From Rhodospirillaceae bacterium BRH_c57 (GTDB lineage Bacteria; Pseudomonadota; Alphaproteobacteria; Rhodospirillales; Rhodospirillaceae): DNA of 64,000 nt. Where the stretch lies: NCBI GenBank assembly GCA_000961745.1, contig LAEA01000219.1:722-64721 (forward strand), in the 5' to 3' direction. A program made the position numbers and the translations under genes. Under the pieces are notes generated by a model. It did no database searches, had not been told where the DNA came from, and was given only the letters and a program-made list of their open reading frames with translations. Positions within the stretch are counted from its first letter, which is position 1. Every line of letters begins with the position of its first letter. Below are positions 9,696 through 18,197 of the stretch, piece by piece.

Positions 9696-10597
9696 GGAGT
9701 CTCCGCCACATACTCGGGCCACAGCCCGCTTTCGGCACAATCGGCCAGGGAGTCGCGGCCGTTGAGGAAGCCGCATTCTACTAGGAGACAATCCATACCC
9801 ACGCCGCGACCGCCCAGAATGTCGGTATGGGGGCTGTCGCCGACCATCAGCATGGCGGCGGGCGGAATGTCGGGGAAGCGGTCGAGGACGCGCTGATACA
9901 CCGCCGGAAACGGCTTTCCCAGAAATACGGGCGCGATGCCGGTACGGCCGGCGATGCGATGGGCGAAGTACCCCGGTTCGGCCGAAATACGGCCCCGAAA
10001 CGGGCAGCCAACGTCCGGGTTGCACACGATCAGCGGGCGCGGCTGGCGGCTCAGGCTGTCTTCCAGCAGGGCCGGGTGGACATCGGTCCAGCCGTTGGTG
10101 TCGACCAGCAGGAACCCCTCCACCGCGTCATAGGCCGCCGGGTCCTCGTTCAGCGCGCGCAGGCCCGGAAACCGGGCAATCACGTCCTGGGGGTGGGAGG
10201 CAATGACGCCGAAGCCCTGCCCGTCCCCGTGGCCCGCAAGGACGGCGGGCAGCAGCGAGCGGCCGGAGATCACCTCCCCGGCGGTGAAATCGAACCCCCG
10301 CCGGGCCAGCCCCTCGGCCACCTGCGCCGGGTCGTGGGTGACGTCGTTGGTGACCACGCAGACCGGCATCCCGCGCCGGCGCAGTTCCGCGAACGCCACC
10401 AGGGCCTGGGGGATGGCCTCAAGGCCGGTGTGGAGCACGCCATAGGCGTCGAACACCACCAGTTGGTGCCCGCCCTGCTCCACCGCCTCGATCAGGCCGG
10501 ACACCCGGCGCGGCGTCACCGGGGCGGGCGGCGGCGGCAGGCGGGGCGCGGCGTCCAAGTAGGTCCGCCAAGCATCATCGAAGTCCAGGTAGAGCAC
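9692..10597 (-). CDS. HAD-IIA family hydrolase
   Basis: VFDAYGVL, VVTND, CNPD, GKP and MVGDSPHTDILGG motifs. Confidence 0.88.
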   Translation of the reverse strand: MLYLDFDDAWRTYLDAAPRLPPPPAPVTPRRVSGLIEAVEQGGHQLVVFDAYGVLHTGLEAIPQALVAFAELRRRGMPVCVVTNDVTHDPAQVAEGLARRGFDFTAGEVISGRSLLPAVLAGHGDGQGFGVIASHPQDVIARFPGLRALNEDPAAYDAVEGFLLVDTNGWTDVHPALLEDSLSRQPRPLIVCNPDVGCPFRGRISAEPGYFAHRIAGRTGIAPVFLGKPFPAVYQRVLDRFPDIPPAAMLMVGDSPHTDILGGRGVGMDCLLVECGFLNGRDSLADCAESGLWPEYVAETP

Positions 10598-10603
10598 GTG
10601 GAA

Positions 10604-11134
10604 CTACTCCAGGGGCGGCCGTTCGAGTTCTTTTTCAAGGGCCTTGTGGCGCTTCTTCAGGGCGTGCTCAAGGTCGGTGACCTTGCGGTTGAGGCTGCGC
10701 ACGCGCTCCAGCGCCATGCGCCGGTTGCTGGCCGCAATCTGGCGGAACGGCGTGCGCAGGCCGAGCATTCCCATGGCCCACAGGATGACCACCCCGCCAA
10801 ACAATGTAAGGATGCCAGCGATCACCCGGTCGGGCGCCATGTCGATGGCCAGCGCCGTCCCCCACAGCCCCACCGTCGCCAGACCGGCGCCGATCAGGAT
10901 GAGGGCGCGTTCCAGGATACGCGTTTCGCGGGCCTCGATGCTTTGGGCGTCGCGGATCATGTCGGCAATCTCGGCCCGGCCCGCGTCCTGCCACTTGCGA
11001 AAGGACATGCCCTTGTTCGAGGTCGTGCGATGGTCGCGGATGAAGCGTTCCAGCCGCATGATGACCACGTCGGCCCGCTCCTCGGGCGTCGGATGGCCCG
11101 AGGATGAGGGAGTGCCTGCCGGACTTTTCGCCAT
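10604..11134 (-). CDS. Hypothetical membrane protein (2 TM helices, C-terminal coiled coil)
   Basis: Two hydrophobic segments; AAGGGG RBS before MAKSPAG; same strand as and closely spaced to the HAD gene. Confidence 0.65.
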   Translation of the reverse strand: MAKSPAGTPSSSGHPTPEERADVVIMRLERFIRDHRTTSNKGMSFRKWQDAGRAEIADMIRDAQSIEARETRILERALILIGAGLATVGLWGTALAIDMAPDRVIAGILTLFGGVVILWAMGMLGLRTPFRQIAASNRRMALERVRSLNRKVTDLEHALKKRHKALEKELERPPLE

Positions 11135-11151
11135 GTCGCCCCCCTTTTGGG

Positions 11152-11280
11152 TTCCGCTTGCGCGGACGGGCTGCCGCCCGGAACCCGCCTGGAGCAAGCT
11201 CCAGACCTCCTTGTTTTCTATTGAAGAAAAACAAGGGGTTCGGGGATTTCATCCCCGAGCGGGTGTGGGCGGCAGCCCAC
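11152..11280 (+). repeat. Class-II ~125-bp palindromic intergenic element, copy 1
   Basis: TTCCGC..GCGGA-CGGGCTGCCGCCCG-ACCCGC-CTGGAGCAAGCTCCAG-ACCTCC-TTGTTTTC..GAAAAACAAGGGG-TTCGGGGAT..ATCCCCGA-GCGGGT-GTGGGCGGCAGCCCAC. Confidence 0.92.
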
Positions 11281-11286
11281 TCTTCC

Positions 11287-14010
11287 CTACCCCAAGCGCG
11301 CCAAAGCAGCCGTCAGACGGGCCTTGGCAGCCTCGGACTCAACCAGGCGTTCGCGCTGTTCCTCGACCACCTCGGGCGGGGCCTTGGCGGTGAACGCCTC
11401 GTTATTCAGCTTGCCGGACAGCTTCTTGATCTCGCCGTCCTGCTTCTTGATCTCCTTGTCGAGGCGGGTCTTTTCAGCCGCCACGTCAATGATGCCTTCC
11501 AGCGGCAGGATGGCCGTGGCCTCGCCCACCACCACCTGGGCGCAGGCGCTGATGGTCGGTTCGCCGTCGGCCAGCGTGATGTCGCTCAGGCGGGCTAGCG
11601 TCTCGATCAGCGGCCGGTGGGTGTCCAGGCGCTGCCGGGTCACCTGGCCGGCGTCCTTGAGGGTCATCGGCATTTTGGCGCCCGGCGGAACGTTCATTTC
11701 CGCCCGCACCGAGCGGACCGACGAAATCAGCTCCACCACCCAGTCCATTTCGGCATGGGCGTCGGGCGCCTCCAGCCCGGCATAGCTAGGCCATGTGGCC
11801 GCAGCCAGCATCCCCTCACGCCCTTCGACCACGCGGCCCCACAGTTCCTCGGTGATGAACGGCATGAAGGGGTGCAGCAGCATGAGGATCTGGTCGAGAA
11901 CCCAGGCGGCGGTGGCGCGGGCCTCGGCCTTGGCGGCCTCGTCCGTGCCGCCGAACACCGGCTTGGCAAACTCCAGATACCAGTCGCAGAAGGTGCCCCA
12001 GACGAACTGATAGATCGACTGCGCCGCCTCGTTGAACTTGTAGCCCTCGATGCCCTGCCCCAGCGTGGTGGCGGCCTCGGCGGTCTTGGCGATGATCCAC
12101 TTGTTGAGGGTGGACTTCACGCCGCGCGGGTCGAACGCCGGGTCGAGGCGGCACTCGTTCATCTCGCAGAACCGGGCCGCGTTCCACAGCTTGGTGGCGA
12201 AGTTGCGATACCCGGCAACGCGCTGTTCGCTCATCTTGATGTCGCGGCCCTGGGCAGCCATGGCGGCCAGGGTGAAGCGCAGGGCGTCGGTGCCGTACTG
12301 GCCGATCAGGTCCAGGGGGTCGATGACGTTCCCCTTGGACTTCGACATCTTCTGGCCCTTTTCGTCGCGGACCAGGGCATGGATGTAGACGGTCTTGAAC
12401 GGAACCTCGTCCATGGCGTACAGGCCGAACATCATCATCCGGGCGACCCAGAAGAAGATGATGTCAAAGCCGGTGACCAGAACGTCGGTGGAATAATAGC
12501 GGTCAAGCTCCGGCGTCTTCTGCGGCCAGCCGATGGTCGAGAACGGCCACAGGGCCGAGCTGAACCAGGTGTCCAGCACGTCAGGATCGCGGGTCAGTTC
12601 GACCGCTTTGCCGTAATGCTTGGTGGCAGCCGCGGCTGCCTCCTCGGCGGTCATTTCAACGAACGGGTGGCCGTCCGGGCCGAACCATGCGGGGATCTGA
12701 TGGCCCCACCAAATCTGGCGCGAGATGCACCACGGCTGGATGTTGCGCATCCACTCAAAGAAGGTCTTTTCCCACTGGCGGGGCACAAAGACGGTCTTGC
12801 CGGTCTCGACCGCCTCGATGGGCTTGCGGGCCAGCGTTGCGGCATCGACGAACCACTGGTCGGTCAGCCACGGCTCGATCACCACGCCGGAACGGTCGCC
12901 GTAGGGCACCGTCATCGGGTTTTCGTCGATCTTCTCCAGCAGGCCGAGGTCCTCGAACTCCGCGACGATCAGGTCGCGGGCCTTGAAGCGGTCCAGGCCG
13001 CGCACCCGCTCGGGCAGGTCGCCGGTCATCGGGGCACCGGATTCATCGTAGGCAATCTCGGCCCGGCCGTCCTGGAAGTGCAGCACACCATAGGGTTGGT
13101 CGATGATCTTCGCGTTCAGGTCCAGCACGTTGATGAGGCGCAGGCCGTGCCGCTTGCCGACCTCGAAGTCGTTGAAGTCGTGGGCCGGGGTGATCTTGAC
13201 GGCGCCGGAGCCCTTCTCCGGGTCGGCGTACTCGTCGGGCACGATGGGGATCAGGCGGCCGACGATGGGCAGGCGGACCATCTTGCCGATCAGGTGGCGA
13301 TAGCGTTCATCATCGGGATGAACCGCGATGCCGGTGTCGCCCAGCATGGTTTCCGGGCGCGTGGTGCCGACCGTGATGAAGGTGTCCGGCTCGCCCTCGA
13401 CGGGGTAGCGGAAGTACCACATCTTGCCCTTCACCTCGCGCTGCTCGACCTCAAGGTCGGAGATCGCGGTGTGCAGCTTGGGGTCCCAGTTGACCAGCCG
13501 CTTGTCGCGGTAGATCAGGCCGTCCTTGTGCAGCTTCACGAAGATGGTGCGGACCGCCTCGCTGAGGCCGTCGTCCATGGTGAAGCGCTCGCGCGCCCAA
13601 TCGGGCGAGGCGCCCAGGCGGCGAAGCTGGCGGGTGATGGTGCCGCCGGAGTGTTCCTTCCACTCCCAGACCTTTTCGATGAACTTCTCGCGGCCCAGGT
13701 CGTGGCGGGTGACACCCTCCTTCTCCAGGTTCCGCTCCACCACCATCTGCGTCGCAATGCCCGCATGATCGGTGCCCGGCTGCCACAGGGCGTCGCGCCC
13801 GGTCATGCGGTGATAGCGGATCAGCAGGTCCTGAAGCGTAAACGTCAGGGCGTGGCCCATGTGCAGGCTGCCGGTCACGTTCGGTGGCGGCATCATGATG
13901 GTGTAGGGCACGGCGCCCGAGGACGGGTTCGCGGCGAATACGCCGGCCTCTTCCCACTGCGTGTAGAGGCGTTCTTCCACGTCGGCAGGGTGATAGGTCT
14001 TGTCGAGCAT
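11287..14010 (-). CDS. valS: Valine--tRNA ligase
   Basis: [24 protein letters not shown] and KMSKSKGN motifs; C-terminal coiled coil; start MLDKTY. Confidence 0.98.
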   Translation of the reverse strand: MLDKTYHPADVEERLYTQWEEAGVFAANPSSGAVPYTIMMPPPNVTGSLHMGHALTFTLQDLLIRYHRMTGRDALWQPGTDHAGIATQMVVERNLEKEGVTRHDLGREKFIEKVWEWKEHSGGTITRQLRRLGASPDWARERFTMDDGLSEAVRTIFVKLHKDGLIYRDKRLVNWDPKLHTAISDLEVEQREVKGKMWYFRYPVEGEPDTFITVGTTRPETMLGDTGIAVHPDDERYRHLIGKMVRLPIVGRLIPIVPDEYADPEKGSGAVKITPAHDFNDFEVGKRHGLRLINVLDLNAKIIDQPYGVLHFQDGRAEIAYDESGAPMTGDLPERVRGLDRFKARDLIVAEFEDLGLLEKIDENPMTVPYGDRSGVVIEPWLTDQWFVDAATLARKPIEAVETGKTVFVPRQWEKTFFEWMRNIQPWCISRQIWWGHQIPAWFGPDGHPFVEMTAEEAAAAATKHYGKAVELTRDPDVLDTWFSSALWPFSTIGWPQKTPELDRYYSTDVLVTGFDIIFFWVARMMMFGLYAMDEVPFKTVYIHALVRDEKGQKMSKSKGNVIDPLDLIGQYGTDALRFTLAAMAAQGRDIKMSEQRVAGYRNFATKLWNAARFCEMNECRLDPAFDPRGVKSTLNKWIIAKTAEAATTLGQGIEGYKFNEAAQSIYQFVWGTFCDWYLEFAKPVFGGTDEAAKAEARATAAWVLDQILMLLHPFMPFITEELWGRVVEGREGMLAAATWPSYAGLEAPDAHAEMDWVVELISSVRSVRAEMNVPPGAKMPMTLKDAGQVTRQRLDTHRPLIETLARLSDITLADGEPTISACAQVVVGEATAILPLEGIIDVAAEKTRLDKEIKKQDGEIKKLSGKLNNEAFTAKAPPEVVEEQRERLVESEAAKARLTAALARLG

Positions 14011-14043
14011 CGTCAGGGCTACCGTTTTTCTGGAGTTATGGGC

Positions 14044-14082
14044 AAAAAACAACGCCGGAACCCGTCACGGGCTCCGGCGTTG
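14044..14082 (-). terminator. Rho-independent terminator after popZ
   Basis: Minus-strand hairpin CAACGCCGGAGCCCG-TGA-CGGGTTCCGGCGTTG followed by TTTTTT. Confidence 0.8.
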
Positions 14083-14106
14083 CATGATCCCGTGAACGGG
14101 CGATGT

Positions 14107-14790
14107 TTATTTCTTTTCGCCGCCCGATACCAGCCTTTCGATTTCCCGGCGTACCAGGGACTCGACCAGACCGGGCAGGTTGGCGTCCAACCATTCCTTG
14201 AGCAGCGGGCGCAGCATCTCGCGGACCATGCCTTCGAGGGTGATTCCGGGGTTACCGACACCGAGGTTGCGATTCGTCGCCATGGCCGCCGACAGGGCGG
14301 AGAACGCGGCCGAGGATGCGGCGGCGGCGGGGTCCGAAATCAGGCGGTCGTCGTCGTCCTCGTCGGGCTCGATGAACGACTCCAGGGCCGGTTCGGGTTC
14401 GGGTTCAGGTTCGGGCTCCGGTTCAGGCTCGGGCTCTGGTTCCGGCCACTCTTCAGGCTCAGGCTCGGGCTCAGGCTCGGGATCGGGTTCAAGAACGAGA
14501 GGTTCCTCGTCGTCATCGTCGTCCTCGGCGACCATGTCGGTCAGTTCGAGAACGTCCTCCCCCTCGTCGTCATCATCGTTGCTCTCCGGCCAAGCCATCT
14601 CGGGCTCAGGCTCAGGCTCAGGTTCCGGCTCGGGTTCCGGTTCAGGCTCGGGTTCTGGTTCCGGCACGGGCTCGGGTTCCGGCGCGGGCGGCGGTTCGAC
14701 CTTGGCCTCTTCTTCCTCGTCTTCCGACAGAATCTTTCGGATAGAGGCGAGGATATCCTCCATCGATGGTTCTTGGTTCTTGTCGTCCAT
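14107..14790 (-). CDS. popZ: Polar organizing protein PopZ (DUF2497)
   Basis: N-terminal [19 protein letters not shown], Pro/Glu/Asp-rich linker, C-terminal [31 protein letters not shown]; pcm-tolC-popZ-valS synteny. Confidence 0.95.
   Translation of the reverse strand: MDDKNQEPSMEDILASIRKILSEDEEEEAKVEPPPAPEPEPVPEPEPEPEPEPEPEPEPEPEPEMAWPESNDDDDEGEDVLELTDMVAEDDDDDEEPLVLEPDPEPEPEPEPEEWPEPEPEPEPEPEPEPEPEPALESFIEPDEDDDDRLISDPAAAASSAAFSALSAAMATNRNLGVGNPGITLEGMVREMLRPLLKEWLDANLPGLVESLVRREIERLVSGGEKK
14389..14682 (-). repeat. Two blocks of degenerate 6-bp repeats encoding (PE)n in the PopZ linker
   Basis: Approx. 14389-14490 and 14599-14682, CCNGAR units on the minus strand. Confidence 0.85.
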
Positions 14791-14959
14791 GACGGTATCT
14801 GCCCCCACCGGTCAGCCACGCCGGGCGCCACGAATCGCGGCGAACGTTCATAATGGGATATAACATCGTGCGTTAAGATTATGCAAACGCGTAATGTTTA
14901 CCCGATCCTTCCAGAACCCGCCGTGACCGCTGTCACGCCCCTGGACTCCCCTACCGCTC

Positions 14960-14996
14960 AAAAGAGCGCGGCGCCCGAAAGAGTGACGGGCGCCGC
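14960..14996 (-). terminator. Probable terminator after tolC
   Basis: GCGGCGCCCG/CGGGCGCCGC 10-bp stem followed by GCTCTTTT on the minus strand. Confidence 0.65.
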
Positions 14997-15021
14997 ACAT
15001 ACTCTCAGACTACGACGATGA

Positions 15022-16398
15022 TCAATTCGTTGCAGCCGGCACCAGTTCCGGAACATCCATCGGGGAGTCGGTGCCAAACCACTTGTTCCGCACCGCCTGA
15101 TAGTGCACGGACGGGTCATAGACCTCGACCGGCAGCCCCAGGTTTTCCGCCGTCAAACCACCCGTCGCGGCGAGCAAGGCGAAGGCGGCGACGCGCTGCG
15201 TGCGCTGCGCTCCCACCCGGTCAACGTTGGCAATAAACAGTTCCTGTTCGGCGTCCAGCACGTCCAGAACAGTTCGCGCGCCGACCTGGGCCTCGCGCTG
15301 CACGCCGTCAAGTGCGGTGGTGGCCGCATCGACCTGGGCTTCGCGCGACTCGATCTCGGCGCGGGCGGAAACAAGATTTTCCCACGCCTGAATGGCCCGC
15401 TCGCGCGCCGCAACCTGCGCCTGTTCGACCTGGATCCGCCGCTGCCCGGCGGTGCTCTTGGCTTCGCGGACACGGGAATACACGGCGCCGCTCTGATACA
15501 GCGGAACGGCCACGTTGGCGACAATCTGCGAGGTATCGGCACGCTGGCCACGCACCTGGGTGTCCCAGCCACGATTATGGGAGGCCTGCAAGCTCACTTC
15601 GGGCAGCAGTTCGCCGCGCACCACATCGACCACATCTTCCGCCGCGCGGGCGCCATAGACGGCAGCCACAACATCGGGCTGCTCCTCCAGCGCGCGGGCC
15701 ACCGCCTCCTCCAGCGTCCCCGGCAAGGCCGGAAGCTGGGCCGGCGGCTCCAGGTTTTCAGGCGGCACGCCGACCAGACGCTGGAACGTGGCGCGCGAGG
15801 CCATGAGTTGCCCCTCTGCCGTAATGCGGCTGGCCCGCGCCCTGGCGACACGAGACTCGGCCTGGCTGACGTCGGTACGGGTGATTTCGCCAACCTCGAA
15901 GCGGTCCTGTGTGGCGCCAAGCTGACGGCGCAGCACCTGCTCGTTGTTGACGCTCAACTCAACCACCGCCTGATCGCGCAGGACGTTGGAATAGACCTCG
16001 GCCACGTTCAACAGAATCTGCTGTTCGACGGAAGCCAATTGGCTGCGGGCAGACAGGACAACATTCTCGGCCGCGTCAACGCTGTTGACCGTACGAAAGC
16101 CACGGAACAGGGGCTGGGTAAGGGTCGCCCCGGCCTGCCGGCTGTTCAGAGTCGTGTCACCCGAAATGCTGCTGTCGCTCCACACCCTGCCCGCGGACCC
16201 GTTCAGGGCCACGCGCGGCCGCCAGCCGGACAGGGCCTGTGGGACCTGTTCGTCGGTGGCACGCAAGGCGGCGCGTTGGGCCTGAAGCGTGGGGTTGCCG
16301 ACATAGGCGGCAGCGAGCGCTTCCTCCAGTGTCATGGCGCCCGCCGGGGCAGCGCCAAGTAGAAGGATGGCGACGGCGAAGGAGACCGAGGTTCTCAT
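15022..16398 (-). CDS. tolC: TolC family outer membrane protein
   Basis: Signal peptide; TLEEALAAAYVGNPTL, RFEVGEITRTDVSQAESR and VGARTVLDVLDAEQEL motifs. Confidence 0.93.
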   Translation of the reverse strand: MRTSVSFAVAILLLGAAPAGAMTLEEALAAAYVGNPTLQAQRAALRATDEQVPQALSGWRPRVALNGSAGRVWSDSSISGDTTLNSRQAGATLTQPLFRGFRTVNSVDAAENVVLSARSQLASVEQQILLNVAEVYSNVLRDQAVVELSVNNEQVLRRQLGATQDRFEVGEITRTDVSQAESRVARARASRITAEGQLMASRATFQRLVGVPPENLEPPAQLPALPGTLEEAVARALEEQPDVVAAVYGARAAEDVVDVVRGELLPEVSLQASHNRGWDTQVRGQRADTSQIVANVAVPLYQSGAVYSRVREAKSTAGQRRIQVEQAQVAARERAIQAWENLVSARAEIESREAQVDAATTALDGVQREAQVGARTVLDVLDAEQELFIANVDRVGAQRTQRVAAFALLAATGGLTAENLGLPVEVYDPSVHYQAVRNKWFGTDSPMDVPELVPAATN

Positions 16399-16576
16399 GC
16401 GAGGCGTTCCGTCAACGTGGAGGGGAAGGGGTAGAGTGGGATCGCCAACTAATCAGCGTTCCCAAAGGATAACGTTCCGTTGGCAAGACGCAAGCGGCGC
16501 ATCCGGATCCCGTGAGAAAACAGCGTTTCCCTAACCCATTGCCCGCCGACGCCGCGTCTGCCGTCGCCCTAAAACC

Positions 16577-17227
16577 TTAAAACGTGAAGGCGGGCGGCTT
16601 GGAAAAGCCCGGCAGCGGCCGCACGTTGGCGTCGAACACGCCCAGGTGGCCCCACGAGTCGCCGCGCCGCGTATAGACGGTGCCGACTCCCTGGCCCCGC
16701 GCGGTGACCACGGCCACCAAGCGCCCGCCGTCGCAAAGCTGGTCGAGCAGCGCCTGAGGCACCTCCTCGACCGAACCATCGACCAGGATAACGCTGTAGG
16801 GCGCCTGTTGCGGGCATCCCTCGGCCAACGGGCCGGAGATCATCGCCACATTGTCGTAGCCCAGCTCACCCAGAACGGCACCGGCACGAGCCGCGAACTC
16901 CGAGTCGCTTTCCAGCGCGACGACGGTCGAGCACATGCGCGACAGGACGGCGGCGGAATATCCCGTGCCACACCCCACGACCAGGGCCACCTCATCTTCC
17001 TCGATTCGGGCGGCCTGAAGCAGGCGGGCGAGCACCATCGGCTCCATCAGGGCGCGACCGCCGCCCAGGTCCAGATCGTCGTCCGCGTATGCGATGCCGC
17101 GCATGTGCTTGGGGACGAACATCTCCCGCGGAACGGCCTCCACAGCCTGAACCACCAGGGGATCAGTGACCTTGTTGGGCCGGATCTGCCCTTCCACCAT
17201 ATTGTGGCGCGCGGCGACGTAGTCCAT
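16577..17227 (-). CDS. pcm: Protein-L-isoaspartate O-methyltransferase family protein
   Basis: ARHNMVEGQIRPNKVTD, VPREMFVP, VGCGTGYS and GGRLV motifs. Confidence 0.92.
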   Translation of the reverse strand: MDYVAARHNMVEGQIRPNKVTDPLVVQAVEAVPREMFVPKHMRGIAYADDDLDLGGGRALMEPMVLARLLQAARIEEDEVALVVGCGTGYSAAVLSRMCSTVVALESDSEFAARAGAVLGELGYDNVAMISGPLAEGCPQQAPYSVILVDGSVEEVPQALLDQLCDGGRLVAVVTARGQGVGTVYTRRGDSWGHLGVFDANVRPLPGFSKPPAFTF

Positions 17228-17393
17228 GTCCGAGCCTCTTGCTGCTGACGGGGCACCAAAACTTTGCGAGGTTTATAGGGTCTGGCAGGCTCTCTGACAA
17301 CGGAAACAACATCCAATGACGTTGTTGCCCCGCCCAAAAGGGTGTTCTCGGTACCACCCGTGCGGTCGAGTCAAAAAATTGTGAAGGCGGCCC

Positions 17394-17422
17394 TTGACCC
17401 AGACAGATGCGCTGGATATAAA
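17394..17422 (+). promoter_or_regulatory. sigma70-type promoter of the tRNA pair
   Basis: TTGACC-N17-TATAAA, 14 nt upstream of tRNA-Cys. Confidence 0.75.
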
Positions 17423-17436
17423 CCGCCTCCTCAAGC

Positions 17437-17510
17437 GGCCGGGTGGCAGAGTGGTCATGCAGGGGATTGCAAATCCCCGTACATCGGTTCGATTCCGGTC
17501 CCGGCCTCCA
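17437..17510 (+). tRNA. tRNA-Cys(GCA)
   Basis: GGCCGGG/CCCGGCC acceptor stem, GGGGA-TTGCAAA-TCCCC anticodon arm, GGTTCGATTCC T-arm, encoded CCA. Confidence 0.97.
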
Positions 17511-17557
17511 TCGCGCCGCCGTTTGGCGCCCCTCCCCCAGGGTCATCGGGGTACTGG

Positions 17558-17632
17558 TCCGGCGTAGCTCAATGGCAGAGCATGCGACTGTTAATCGCAG
17601 GGTTGTAGGTTCGAATCCTACCGCCGGAGCCA
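17558..17632 (+). tRNA. tRNA-Asn(GTT)
   Basis: TCCGGCG/CGCCGGA acceptor stem, TGCGA-CTGTTAA-TCGCA anticodon arm, GGTTCGAATCC, encoded CCA. Confidence 0.97.
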
Positions 17633-17755
17633 ACTTCCTTCTCCACATCTTCCGATCCCTTCAACCACCGAATATTCCGGTGGTTTCAGTAACTATTTCG
17701 TAAGTCTGCTGCGGCACACTGGGGCTTCTGAATGAGGCCCTGGGGGATGATCGCC

Positions 17756-18076
17756 ATGACAATGCCGCAGAACGCGCGCTTTCGCATTGGGGAAACCGTC
17801 GTGCACAAGGACTATGGCATCCGTGCCGTGGTCGTCGATGCCGACGCGTCCTTTGCGCTGTCGGACGACTGGTACGACGAAATGACCGAGAACCGGCCGC
17901 CCAAGGATAAGCCCTGGTACCGCGTCCTGCTCGATGGCACCGAGTACGCGGCCTATGTCCCGGAGTTGAACCTCAACCCCGACTCCAAGCACACGCCCAT
18001 CGAACACCCCGATATCCGCAGTTATCTGCGTGAGGAACGCAAAGGCGTCTATGCGCCCCTGCGCCGGTTCAACTGA
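17756..18076 (+). CDS. hspQ: Heat shock protein HspQ (YccV-like)
   Basis: ARFRIGETVVHKDYGIRAVVVDAD...PPKDKPWYRVL..YVPELNL..PIEHP. Confidence 0.9.
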   Translation: MTMPQNARFRIGETVVHKDYGIRAVVVDADASFALSDDWYDEMTENRPPKDKPWYRVLLDGTEYAAYVPELNLNPDSKHTPIEHPDIRSYLREERKGVYAPLRRFN

Positions 18077-18128
18077 GCGCCGGTTCGACTGAACGCGTGC
18101 CTTGATCTTTTCTTTCTTCGGCCCTTCA

Positions 18129-18143
18129 TGTTGCGGTGCACAA
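18129..18143. promoter_or_regulatory. Putative PhaR/AniA operator TGTTGCGGTGCACAA
   Basis: TGC-N3-GCA core plus TTGTGCA heptamer on the minus strand; identical to 23264-23278. Confidence 0.6.
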
Positions 18144-18197
18144 AGAGTATCCTACGGGCAGACGGGCCACGGCCCACCCTGACCTGCGGGAGCCGGC

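Noticed and set aside
13010-13110. Apparent ~25-aa insertion in ValS ([27 protein letters not shown])
   Set aside because: A variable insert of similar size occurs at this position in other proteobacterial ValS such as E. coli; no intein or repeat features.
11617-14853. 1078-aa plus-strand ORF with RLRLGF-like repeats
   Set aside because: Antisense to valS and popZ; the repeats are the reverse reading of the (PE)n codons.
17437-17700. tRNA pair as a possible island integration site
   Set aside because: No integrase and no duplicated tRNA 3' end seen; flanks are housekeeping genes.
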